From: Octopus sinensis
Taxonomy: Eukaryota
Direction: 5' to 3'
Assembly: GCF_006345805.1 (NCBI RefSeq)
Contig: NC_042998.1
Coordinates: forward strand, 140,120,001-140,184,000
DNA: 64,000 nt
Positions 50,101-62,749 of this stretch are shown here, in pieces. The translations under genes were made by a program, and so were the position numbers. A model generated the notes under the pieces. That model was given only the letters and a program-made list of their open reading frames with translations, was not told the origin of the DNA and ran no database searches. The first letter of the stretch is position 1, and every line of letters starts with the position of its first letter.

Positions 50101-52811
50101 AACTTCCGTTTTAGGGTTTTGCATTTTTTTTAACCCCAAATCCACAAAACCATTAACATGACCCAACATGGCTGAACTTCTAGCATTTCAACAGACTGAC
50201 CATGTCCAGTAAGTTCAGTCATCAATTCACCATAGGGAAAGTTCTCTGTCATCAATTCACCAGTTGATTTTTCAATAAAATAGTTTTTAACTATTAATGA
50301 TGAGGTGCTATGGATATATTTTCGTGGTGAACTTTCTTCATGGTGAATTGATGGACTTAACTGTAATCCAGACCAGCATCCCATTTAGTGGGAATGTTGT
50401 GATCTTAGTCACTTATACATCATGGAAACTTAGTAACCAGCCCTAAGATTTCTAGGACAGTAGGACCCTACTTTATCAACAAAATTTGTCAGTAGCTTTC
50501 AGTAGGTTGTCTCTTAGATATACCCTGTTGTACTTTATATTATAGCTTTCCACCACACCCTTAACTCTTTAGCATTTAAACTGGCCATATCAGCCCAAAA
50601 TGTCCTACACATTTTATGTTTGAACCAGCCAGGTCTGGCCCCTCACACCAACCTTATGTCTTTCTAAATGGGATGCCAATCTGTTGCAAAGTGGTTGATG
50701 TTAGGAAGGGCATCCAGTTGTAAAAATCATACCAAAACACAGAAGCCTGGTCTAGTCTTCTACCTGGCCAGCTGCTATCAAACTATCCAATCCATGCCAG
50801 CATGGAAAACAGATGTTAAACAATGATGATGATGATGATGATCTTCAAAATTTCAAGACTACAAGACAATACATGATTAATTTTTTTTTAAAGTGAATAA
50901 ATAATCATTACATTTGACAGAGTAATCTGAATGCTATACAGGTTAAATAATGGATTCGAATTTTGGCACAAGGCTAACAGAGGTGGTGGTGGTGGGGTGA
51001 TTAGAATGACCCCTAGTGCTCGACTGGTACTTATCTTACGGACCCCAAAAGAATGAAAGGCAAAGTCAACCTTGGCAGAATTTGAATTCAGAATGTAAAG
51101 AGCTGGAGGAAATGTTGCTAAGCATTTTGTCCAACAGGCTAACAATTCTGCCAACTCACTGCCATAACAACAACAACAACAATATTGGTTTCAAATTTTG
51201 GTACAATGCAAACAATTGTAGGGGATGGAGTAAGTTGATTATAATGACCCTAGTACTCAACTGGTACTTATTTTATTGACTCTAAAAGGATGAAAGGTAA
51301 AGTAAACCATGGCAGAATTTGAACTCAGAATGTTGAGAGCCAGAAGAAATACCACTAAGCATTTTGTTCAACATGCGAACAATTCTGCCAGCTCACCACA
51401 TTATCTCTCCTTTAAAACAAGGCCAACTGGAATTCATACTCCCCTAAAATGGTCTTTTCTCTTTCATATCTTTCTTCATCTCACTTAATTCACTTTCTGA
51501 TTCTGCACAATTATTGCTAATTGCTAAGCTATATCAATGCTGGGTGGGAGAAGTTCAGAACCATGTAATAGCACCTTTCTCAAGGGAAATAAAACCAATT
51601 TGGTTCCCATTTTCACCCATTAACTAGCTGGCTGACAGGCTTTCTGAAGCTTGCATTACAAAAAGGTAGAGTCATTTATATTACAGAGCTCCACTAACAA
51701 ACCTGATCCCTTTTCTTATTCCATTGTCACAGCCAACCCCATGCATGCCAAGAGAGTACAAGTAAGTTCACTGCCATCAATTCACATTCAAAACAATTTC
51801 GATATTCTTTTATTCTTTTACTTGTTTCAGTCATTTGACTGCAGCCAAGCACTGCTTTGAAGTGTTTTTGTCAAACAATTCGACCCCAGGAATTATTCTT
51901 AAGCCTAGTGCATATTCTATTAGTCTCTTTGCCAAACCACTAAGTTACAGGGACATAAACACATCAACACCGGTTGCCAAGTGATGATGGGGTGATAAAC
52001 ACAGACACAAAGACACACATGCAGAGTAGATAAGAAGAAAGTTTACCGAGAAAATATATCTATAGTATCTCACCATGAATAGTTAAAAACTATTTTATTG
52101 AAAAAAAAAATGAATTGATGACGGTGAACTTTCCCTGCAGTGAATTGATGACAGTGAACTTACCAGACATAATGCAAAAAAAAAAAAAGGCAGTAAGCTG
52201 ACAGAATTGTTAGCACACCAGGCAAAATGCTCAGCAGTATTCTGTCACTCTTTACATTCTGAGTTCAAATTCTGCCGAGGTCGACTTTGTCTTTCATCCT
52301 TTCAAGGGTCGATTAAATAAGTACCAGTTACACACTGAGGTTGTCTGTCCTCATTTGTCCCTTCTATGTTTAGCCCCTTGTGGGCAATAAAGAAATAAAT
52401 ATACCTATTTTGGTGTTTCTTTATATCAGTACTTCTCAAATGGATGATCATGATGATCATGATGATGTGTGTGTGTGTGACAGATAGACAGACAGAGTAT
52501 GAGTGTATGTGTATCTGTGTGAATGTGCACAATTTTCAATGATCTATGCAACAGAGAGAAATGTCAACATTTGTGGCTGGGCTGCAACTAGTGCCATTTG
52601 TTGATATTCCCTGTCAATACATTGTCTGTTAGCTCTGTGCTTTCAAATTCCTCAGAAAAATAAAATTCCCTAAGTTGAAAAATATGGGTTTGGTGGTAAG
52701 AAAAGCATCTGGCTATAGGAATCTTGCCTCATGTACCCTTCTGTCTAAACCTTACTTACAATTAGAAACACACATTAGATAATTAAATATGGGAATACAA
52801 ATATGCACATC

Positions 52812-52847
<36 letters not shown>

Positions 52848-52849
52848 CG

Positions 52850-53034
52850 CCATGATAGATCGTTAGCCACTACACACATTTTTTTCTCTCCTTGTTTTTT
52901 CTGTGTCCCTTTCTGTAGAAGAGCGTAGGATTGAAACGTTAAAGACTTTTTCTATTCCTGAGCATTATGCTAATACATCTGCTTGTTTTGTACACCACCT
53001 GTCTTCATCTTTTGTTTTTTTCGTAAACTCTCCC
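52850..53034 (+). mobile_element. Short repeat, probable Penelope pseudo-LTR derivative
   Basis: Its 3' part recurs at 17321-17394. It contains a hammerhead-like motif at 52909-52944. Confidence 0.5.
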
Positions 53035-53486
53035 TTAGGTTGTTTCACATGAAATGTTGCATTTTTAATTACTTGTTTTTTCAGTCATTTAAAAACTCAA
53101 CTATGTATACCTTGCATATAATCTTGACTGTTTTTCTTTCCCAACAATATTGGTATACAAAATTCATACCCACAGATTAAGTTTATTAAGGATCAACAGA
53201 TTAAGCACCTAGAAGCTGACCCACATGCACTCATTTATATACACGCGCTTATATACACCAACTCTGTATGGATTCAGTTATAAACACATTTATGAATACG
53301 TTTATACAATATGCATATAACCATATATAAATATATGCATACGTGTGTGTGTACGTGTAGAAAGGGGACTGTTTTGTATTTTGATGTAATACACATTACA
53401 TGCATACATTACATATATATGTGAATACATATATATTTGTATTTACCTCTGTGTGTTTGTATGTATGTATGTATGTATGTATGTAT

Positions 53487-55075
53487 ATAACAGAGGAATT
53501 CAAAACAGGATGCCCCTGGGAGCTCCTCTATGCTGATGATCTGGCTCTCATAGCAGAATCACTACCGGAACTAGAAAAGAAATTTCAGGTGTGGAAGCAA
53601 GGGTTAGAATCAAAGGGCCTTAGAGTAAATGTAGCAAAGACCAAAGTTATAGTAAGCAGAAAGGTGAACTCAGCACACACCCCCTCAGGCAGGTGGCCCT
53701 GCTCGATCTGTAGGAAAGGTGTAGGTAGAAACTCCATAAGATGCACCCAATGTAAGCTATGGACACATAAGAGGTGCAGCAACATTAAAGGGAAATTAAC
53801 TGATAAGATAGCTTTCATGTGCGGCAGATGCACAGGGACAATAGACACCACAGACACACAGAAAACAGATTCCATCACACTCCAAGGGAAGAAACTAGAA
53901 GTAGTTGATAGTTTCCGCTACCTGGGTGACCAAGTTAGTAGTGGAGGTGGATGCTCAGAGAGTATCACCACTAGAATATGAATAGCCTGGGCAAAGTTCA
54001 GAAAGCTCCTACCCCTACTGGTAACAAAGGGTCTCTTGCTCAGAGTGAAAGGTAGATTGTATGATGCATGTGTGCGAACTGTCATGCTTCATGGTAGTGA
54101 AACATGGGCTGTGACTGCAGAGGACATGCATATACTTGAAAGAAATTAAGCTAGCATGATCCGCTGGATGTGTAATGTCAGTGTGCACGCACGACAGAGT
54201 GTAAGCACCCTGAGAGAAATGCTGGACATAAGAAGCATCAGATGTGGTGTGCAAGAGCGACGCTTGCGATGGTATGGTCATGTACTGTGGATGGATGAGG
54301 AGAGATGTGTGAAGAAGTGCCACTCCCAAACAGTTGAAGGTATCAGGGGGAGAGGTAGACCCAGGAAGATATGGGATGAGGTAGTCAAGCATGACCTCAG
54401 AGCGTTGGGCCTCACTGAGGCAATGGCGAAGGACCGAGATCTCTGGAGATATGCTGTGACTGCAAAGACCCGGGCTTTTGCCTGCACCAGTTCTGCATAG
54501 CCCCTGCCCATTCAAAGTACCCTGGATCCCAGAACGTCCCGCTGTGCTTGAGGAGACCTGTTGAGTCAAGTACATGAACATGAACATCGAAATAAATATC
54601 AATGGAAATAGTAGTTGTGATACCTGTGCCGGTGGCATATAAAAAGCACCATCCGAATGTGGCTGTAGCCAGCCCCGACTTGACTGGCTTCTGTGCCGGT
54701 GGCACATAAAAAGCACCATCCGAACGTGGCCGATGCCAGCGCCGCCCCAACTGGCTCCTGTGCCGGTGGCACATAAAAAGCACCATCCAAACGTGGCTGT
54801 TGCCAGCGCCGCCTTGGCTGGCTTCCATGCCGGTGGCACGTTAAAAGCTCCAACCGATCGTGACCGATGCCGGACCCCCCTGGCACCTGTGCAGGTGACA
54901 CGTAAAAAGCACCCACTACACTCGCGGAGTGGTTGACGTTAGGAAGGGCATCCAGCTGTAGAAACTCTGCCAGATCAGACTGGAGCCTGGTGCAGGCCCT
55001 GGCTTCCCAGACCCCGGTCGAACCGTCCAACCCGTACTAGCATGGAAAACGGACGTTAAACGATGATAATGATGA
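53487..55075 (+). mobile_element. 5'-truncated RTE-clade LINE (RT C-terminal half with a PHD-like Cys/His insertion, 3' UTR repeats and (GAT)n tail)
   Basis: ELLYADDLAL catalytic motif, CSIC..CTQC..H..C..CGRC finger, FRYLG, RRLRWYGHV and RGRGRPRKIW. Only two in-frame stops seen (53979, about 54147). Confidence 0.95.
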
Positions 55076-55327
55076 TATATACACACACACACAAACATTG
55101 AATCACACATTTTCATGTATTTGAGTGTGTATTAGTGTACATATAATGTATATGTGAACGTATGTTCGTATATTTATGTGTATGCATGTATGTACAAAAA
55201 TATTTGTGTGTGTGTATAAATATGCACACATATATATATGTATATCTATATTTGTATATGTATATATAAATACACATTGTATGTACATACAATATCTATA
55301 TATTGTATGCATATGTTTGTGTATGTG

Positions 55328-55378
<51 letters not shown>

Positions 55379-56034
55379 ATATATATTTACGTTATATACA
55401 CACTGTCAATAAGAAGTGATTAGTATTCTCTGGTGAACTGTGAGGAAGCATTTCATGGATGGTTGGTTTAATTCCTTAAACTGAACAAACATTTAAGATC
55501 AAACACTCTCAGTGCTAAGTCTTTCCACCTGGGTACAATATGAAAATCCAGTGGAATCATCATCACTACCAGCTTCAAGATCACTCTCCTCCTCCTCCTC
55601 ATCCTCATCATCATCATCAGCAGCAGCAGCAGTAGTAGTACAGTCATTAGCGTTTTTGTTGATAGATTGTCGGAAAAGTGTAATAAAGTTACGAAATGAT
55701 TAAACAATTTTCGATGGTATTTTAACTCTGTCTAAAGACACCATGTTTTTGTGTCACACTTGTTGACGCGGTTGATGGTCGATGCAGCCTGTGGTCACGG
55801 TTGGTGAGGTAATAGTTGTTACGGTTGAGTGGTCCTTGTCAACTTTACTCAAGTGCATCTACAGTACTGATTAAGTACATAGAGTAAAAGAGAAACTAGC
55901 ATATCCAGCACATCAGATATGCACATATAAAAAACAGAAAAAGGGTCATTTTCTCCTTATTTATCTATAGTTACTTGTTGAGTCTAGGGGAAGGGACAGT
56001 ACCCATTATCTCTGCAGGCCCATTCTGAGGTCAG

Positions 56035-56200
56035 TGAGCCTAACGCTGTTTAATGTTCCTTTTAAGCAGTTGGAGGTCAACAGGTAGGACACGAGCAAGA
56101 AACTTCTGGAGGAATTATGTTCTAGGAAGGAAGAACTGGAAATAAGGGCTAGAGTAGGGCTGAAGGGGTTGGATACACCAAGAGTGACGAAAGGTAGCAA
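56035..56200 (-). mobile_element. Very decayed Jockey/CR1-like LINE C-terminal fragment
   Basis: Minus strand resembles SSFxPRT...DLQxxKRNIN, as in LINE ORF2 C-termini. Confidence 0.35.
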
Positions 56201-56434
56201 GATGACCGAGTCAGGTGTGTCTCATTGCTGGAGGTATTCTTTTACCTGTTTAGCCATTTGACTATAGTCATGCTGGGGCACTACTTTGAGTTTTTTTTTT
56301 CTTTTCCTTTTAGAACAGATTGCTCCCTCCCCAATATTTATATTTTCAAAGTCTAGTCTCTTTACAGGGATGTAAGAAAACTAACACCTGTTGTCAATTA
56401 GTAAGGGGAGAGCACTAGCGACACATAAAAATAT

Positions 56435-57436
56435 CTTAAAATACTAATGAGCAAATTTTTTCAATAAAATCGCCATTGGTTTCAACCACAGCCTCCAGAC
56501 GACTTCGGAATCTCCTGCAACTCTTCTGGGCAGTTTCTTTGTTTAAGTTGATGAATGTTGCCATAATCCTTACCTTCAGTTAATCTTTGATGTTACAAGG
56601 AGTTTTGTTTGTCTCTCACTCAACTTCACTCCACACATAATAATCATGGGGGTGGCGGTCTGGGGAGTTAGGTGGCCAGATGTTAGGGGTGATGTGATTG
56701 CAGAAATTGTCTGACAGTCATGACTGGGTTCTCCTGTTTGTGTAACATGGTGAAGAGTCCTGTTGCCAGACATAGCGTTTTCCAGCAGCCAGCCTCTTTA
56801 CCCAGGGCAGCATTACCTCTTCCAGGCACTTGATGTAGGCCTCTGTGTTTATTTTGAGGCTGTATGGGAAGATGAATGGGGGCATAACATCGCCATCACT
56901 ACTTATCACTCCAAACACCATGATGTTGACTGGACGTTTGATTTTTATCACTCTTGGTACATGTTTTGGGGACACAGCAAGCCAACAGTTGTTCTGTGTG
57001 TTCACCATGTGATCCTGGCAGAAATTTTTCTCATCTGAGAAAAACCGAAGCATGTTTGGTTGGAGTTTGTTCAAATGGTTCGTAGCATGGTCTTTCCTCT
57101 TGTCCTTGATGGCTTGGGATAAAAATTGGCCCTTTCTCATCTTGTGTGAGGAATACCGAATGTTTTCATGCACTACCTGCCTGATAAGAAACTCAGACAC
57201 TCCCATATCACTGGAGATGGACCTGATTGACTTGGAGGGATCATTGTCAATCATGGCCTGGATCTCACCAACAAATTCAGGAGGTCTTTTCCTATCAGAA
57301 TGATCAGAATGCGTTTTCCAAGCAGCTATACCTTCACAATCACCATTAGACTCATCCAGCTCTTTCCGAATCTTCTGCACTGTCCTCAGATTGACACCAA
57401 AACACTCTGAAATGTTCGTATTGAAGCTTCTGGTAC
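56435..57436 (-). mobile_element. maT (DD37D) Tc1/mariner transposase pseudogene
   Basis: FFSDEKNF...VWQQD followed by 37 residues (one TGA at a Trp position) to WPPNSPDRHPHD-YYVW. The 220-aa ORF is 56718-57380. Confidence 0.9.
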
Positions 57437-57917
57437 TGGGGCTATAATATAAGATACTTACCCAAGGTGTTGTGCAGTGGGACTGAACCCAAAACCATTT
57501 AGTTACAAAGCAAGCTTAATCACAAAGCCATGCCTGCACCTACTGTAACAGGAGATGAAGTAGAACTAGAATTTCCCTCCTAATGTATGTTTTAGTTAAT
57601 CTAATTAACCTAGTCCACTTTGTTGTACACAGGTACCAAAGTACAGATGAGTTTACTGTTGTAGCATCAATAGTGATATCCATGTTCTTTACAATTTCGT
57701 TAGGAGGTAGGAGTTGGGTACATGGATTTCACCGGGCTTCACCCTCAGACTGGCAAGATTGATGGGGTTAATATTATGGTTTCAGGTTCAGTCCCACTGC
57801 ATGATACCTCAGATATGTGTTTACTACTATACCCATGGAATGACCAAAGGAGTGCATTTGGTTGACAGAAACTGAAAGAATCCCACCTTACGTGTATGTG
57901 TATGTATAAAAATTCAC

Positions 57918-58800
57918 ATGCATAATCTTGTCACTCTTCCAAAAGTGTTTAATAACATTGCAGCCATATCTGCAAAAGAATATCTTATCTCATCTCCTCT
58001 CAGGAAATATCTAAGACAGCCACCCATCCACTGTAATAACACCATGGCTGACAGTGAATTCAAAAAGAAGATTGCCTACAACTTCATAATTAAAACTATG
58101 AAACTTAAAAATAGACCCAGGAAGATTATATGGTTCAGCACATGCTTTCTCTTTGAACATTGGACTAACATAGGTATAAAATTCATGGCCTTAATACATA
58201 AGCAGTTCCCAGATGGCCATAGATATAGGAAAATTTTTAACAGATGCTCAGTGAGAAACTGCTGCCCCAACATGAAAAAATTTATCACTCACAGGTTACA
58301 CCAAGTGCCTACTCCAAGTTTTAACAATAGAAATCCAGAAACTTGCCCACTTGATCAGGCATGCATGTTTAGTGGCTTATGAAGTCAAAGCCACCTCAGT
58401 ATTCCAAAATAATAAAACTCACAAAAAAGAAAGTACATTGTTATATGTGAAAGTGACTTTATAAAAAGATATGCTTGACCACCAGTTTTCTTTTCTACAT
58501 GTAGATAAGAAGAAAACCATCAAGTTAGCCAAACATAGCTGGGGCTTGAAAGCTAACAGCACACCATAGTTCATCAAGTAGAGCATCACGGAATGGTGCA
58601 TGCATTACAGGATTAATGAGATGCAGGATTTGTTTAGCTAAAAGATTGCATATTCTTTTTAGATCTAAGAACTCTATTGATCTGTTGAATTCTATACCTG
58701 AATTTCATATTAAATGTAAGCATTTGGACAAGTTTCTATTATTGAACTGGAGATACACCACACTCTTCAGATTAAGCATGCAGTCTCATAAATTTTAACT
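57918..58800 (+). mobile_element. Penelope-like element remnant (RT C-terminus, linker and GIY-YIG endonuclease; Naiad-like)
   Basis: RPRKIIWF...TNIGIKFMALIHKQFP..HRYRKIFNR...CCPNM, CPLDQAC and CRICLAKRLHIL...LLNS.PE...KCKH..KFLL. Frameshifted. Confidence 0.85.
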
Positions 58801-59059
58801 TGTGTGTGTTGAATTAATTACACCAACCATATTAATATTTATAATAGGCCAAGGGACACCACTCTTAATCTTTTTACTAGCTTTTCTTGTTACCTTTTCT
58901 TTCTCTTTTTTTTTTTTGTCAAAGAACAGCCATGTTGCAATTTAGAGTCTGAATGATTGCTTGGAAATACATAGCATACTATAAATACAAGCTTATCCGA
59001 CTATTGTATTTTCAGAAGCATTTAACTAATAGTAGATCAAATTTAAACACTATGTATTA

Positions 59060-59061
<2 letters not shown>

Positions 59062-59123
<62 letters not shown>
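59062..59123. repeat. (GT)n microsatellite, about 31 units
   Basis: Direct inspection. Confidence 0.95.
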
Positions 59124-59126
<3 letters not shown>

Positions 59127-62100
59127 TAATTCAACACACATTGTTGGTGTAATTAATTCAACACACACAAGTTAAAATTTATGAGACTGCATGCTTAATC
59201 TGAAGAGTGTGGTGTATCTCCAGTTCAATAATAGAAACTTGTCCAAATGCTTACATTTAATATGAAATTCAGGTATAGAATTCAACAGATCAATAGAGTT
59301 CTTAGATCTAAAAAGAATATGCACATTTGTAATTCATTTACAATATTCTGCAAAAACATGCCTGGCTAGGGGGAAATATAACCTTACTTGGAAACAGATG
59401 AGAGCTGGGTACAGGAAGGGCATCTGATCATAAAAAAATCTGTTACATTAAACTCCATCCAACCCATGCAAGTAAGGGAAAAGTGGACATTAAAATGATG
59501 ATAATGATGGTGATGATGAATATTGACAAGGCAACATCTGAAGGGAAAACAGATACAGAGGTAATTCTATACGTGTGAAGTTCTGAGGAGAACAATCATC
59601 ATCATCATCTTCATTTTGCATCTGTTTTCCCTACTGGTATGGAAGGATCATCAAAGGACCATAAAGTGGTACACATACATTTAATTTTCACCTGGTTTCC
59701 ATGGCTGGATGCCTATCAATTGCTCTACAGAAAGTACGGCTGCATTGTATCATCATACTGGCATCACAGTGGCTCAGAAGTCCTTGATGAGACAGAGCCA
59801 AAGGGATATTTTAACCCTTCTTTTTTTCTCTGTTCACTCACCAATTACTTTAGAAGGGTGTAGGAACATAGATAGAGGAAGCTGCAATAAGGGTGGCTTC
59901 TGGAGGAGTGATATAAGTGTTTTAGACAGGCTTAGGTGGAATGGGAGTGGTATGCATTTAGTCAGTTCTAGGTAGTAGAGGCTGTCCTGAAGTGGAATAC
60001 TTAGTAGACTGAAGAGGAAGTATGTGTGTGGGGAGTAAGAGGCTGAAATGTGTGACAATATTAGTGATGTAGTAACATGCAACACTGTTAAAATTACCAG
60101 AGCAAGCTATAAGGATGCATTTGTAATAGAAGCATTTTTTGAGACATTAACCTTTCAAAAGATTAAGCAGGATAAGATGGAAAGACAGAGTAACAAATGA
60201 CACAGTAAAAAAAGGCTGAAAATCTAAAGACACCTATTGTAAAGAATCAAGTTTACAAAGCTATCATATAACAAATCCCCCCCACCCCACAACTCATCTT
60301 CCTAACACCCCCTCCTCTGCTTGTACACCTTTCACTGCATTCTCCTCCCGTATATTTCCCATTTGCCTTTTACACTCTTATGAACTTACCTACCCATTCA
60401 CCCTGTCGAATCCTGTGTCACTTATATTTACCTCCCTGTAATTTGAGGGTATACCCCAACATCTTTTCTCTTTCTCTCCCCCCCTTCTCCAACTGGGGTA
60501 GCCTTGTATCTCTTCTACAGCAAAACACTTGTTTCCTCCCCTAATACTTTAACCTCTCTTCATCTAACACAAAGCCATCCTCCTTAATACGACTCCACCA
60601 TCAGCTGAGAGATTTGTCTTGCAAGTTACTTGGTAACCTCACTGGTGCTGGTGCTATTAAAAAAAAGCACCCAGTACACTCTGTAAAGTGAATTGGTGTT
60701 AGGAAGGGCACCCATCCTTAGAAGCCATGCCATAGCTGACAATCAAGCTTGGCACAGTTCTCTAGCTCATCATCTTGTGTCAAACCCATACCAGCATGGA
60801 AAACAGTAAATGGTGAGGAGAATGACAATGCACCATGAGTCACTGTTGAAAACCATCCTGAGAGGTGTTGAGAAGAAAGAAGCATGAGATCATCAAAGAT
60901 GTTTATGAATTGAGATCAAGGAATGCACTAGAAACAAGAGCCTTGTTGATTTTAATTAAAATTTTCAGATTAGTTGCTATTTCATAGCATTGAATGTTCT
61001 AAGCATAAGATTATATGTTGTCTTGTTTCTGTTTATCTTTTTCAAAAGCAGTCCAACAGTGACCATCCTGTCTAGCTTAGTATTAGCTTAGTGCTCTCTC
61101 TCTCTCTCCTACAACTTTGTTTTCACTTAACTTTTTCTAATAATGCACAGAGGAATCGATCAACCAATTTTCAATTTTGAAAATTTCCTGTTTCATACCT
61201 TCAAACTTTGAAATATCCACACAAGAGGTGAAATATGTCTATTTAGAATAGTGTGTGAGTAAGAGGTAACAAAGAGTATGGCATTCAGAGTGAAAAATAG
61301 AGAAAGGAAAGAGGAAGGCATTGCCTAACATTACTATGTGCCTTCATCATTCACTATTCTTTGTGGGTAAGGAAGAGACTGCAAACTAAAAGTCGTCACT
61401 AGCTACTATTTCAATTTTTAAAACATGGATGGACTTCCAAGTATAGCTGCAGGTGTGTGCTACCCACCGACTTTGTTTCTGCAAACGTTTCTGAAATATG
61501 CCTATTTTCAAATGAAATTTGCTACAAACACTTTTCAAACAGTACAGATTACGATTATATCATGATTTAATGCGAAAAAAAAACAAAATTGGCGAGAGCG
61601 ATAATTCATGCACCACATCAAAACGTATGAAAAAACAAAGTCGTCGGGGCAAAGCACACATCTGTTGTTCCTTCAGCTATGGAAATGTTACGCTCGTTAA
61701 TATACCAGTCATAAACTTGCATAATGTCAACAATTTAAGGACTGTTTCTAAGCAAGCTTTTCTATTTAAACAGGTAAAATACAAGATGAGAGTAACTTCT
61801 ATTTTAATCAACATCTTCTGGCTGTCAAAATGTGGAGAATCACGTCGTACTTCGTAAAAACATCAAGGTTTCTTTAAAATACTGAAACGAAAATTGTTTA
61901 CTAACAGCAGTTTTTCGAAATTTTTGCTGACTGTTATAACACTATTACATCTTATAATTAATGTTTTTTTAATGGTGTTCCTAATTAAATATTTATAAGT
62001 ATTTAAATTACATTTTTTCGGGTACTTATTGCTGGCTCTTACACAGCAATACGTCTCAAAATTAATGTTTATTTTTTGTTTCTAATTAATTGCTTATAAA

Positions 62101-62749
62101 TTACGAAAATGAGTTTTTTTACCCTCATAATACACGTGCATTCAAAATGAAAGTATTTTTCTCTCTAAAGTAAAAAAACTAAAGGAAAAAAGAATAATAA
62201 ACTAATTTGTGCCTGATTTTTATACCCTACCCCTTCATCTTTGGCATCGTGCCTTGACTCTTCATTTGGCTAGAATAATAATAAATACGACAGGTTACTT
62301 GGTCGTGAAAGAGCTGTCCAGTGAAGAGCAACAGTCATCATTGTTTCTTTTCAGCCTAAATTACGGTGAAACACAATTGTCTGTTGTCGAACACAAGATA
62401 AGTGAATACTCTAACAGAAAACCAATAATAATAACAAATGAATATTCTATGTAGATGAATTGAGATGAAGTACAAATAATGCTAGATATTAACACATCAA
62501 GAGGAAAGTCAATTCAATATGAAAGTATGAACATACGGAATATGACGTCGATTGATCTGTCTTCTGGTAGTTGACAAAATGAAAGAGTACATGCTAATGA
62601 ATGGCGGTAAAACCAGAGAAGAAAGGTGTATTATGTGGAAGCTGACGTAAAGAACAGGGCGGGGAAGAAGAAGGTGGTTCAAGAAGGGTGGTAGGAGAAG
62701 GAAAGAGAAAAGAAAAATTACAAAGGTTTAAAAAATGGGAAAATGAAAA

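Noticed and set aside
53400-53981. 193-aa host gene with a zinc finger
   Set aside because: It is a 5'-truncated RTE reverse transcriptase fused by chance to an upstream (ATGT)n tract, with in-frame stops downstream.
54620-54915. CRISPR-like array (palindromic repeats with spacers)
   Set aside because: The spacers are homologous to each other, the array lies in an RTE 3' UTR with other copies in the window, the context is eukaryotic and there are no cas genes.
56718-57380. Active or domesticated transposase
   Set aside because: A stop codon falls before the third catalytic Asp, and the 5' end/TIR is replaced by a SINE fragment.
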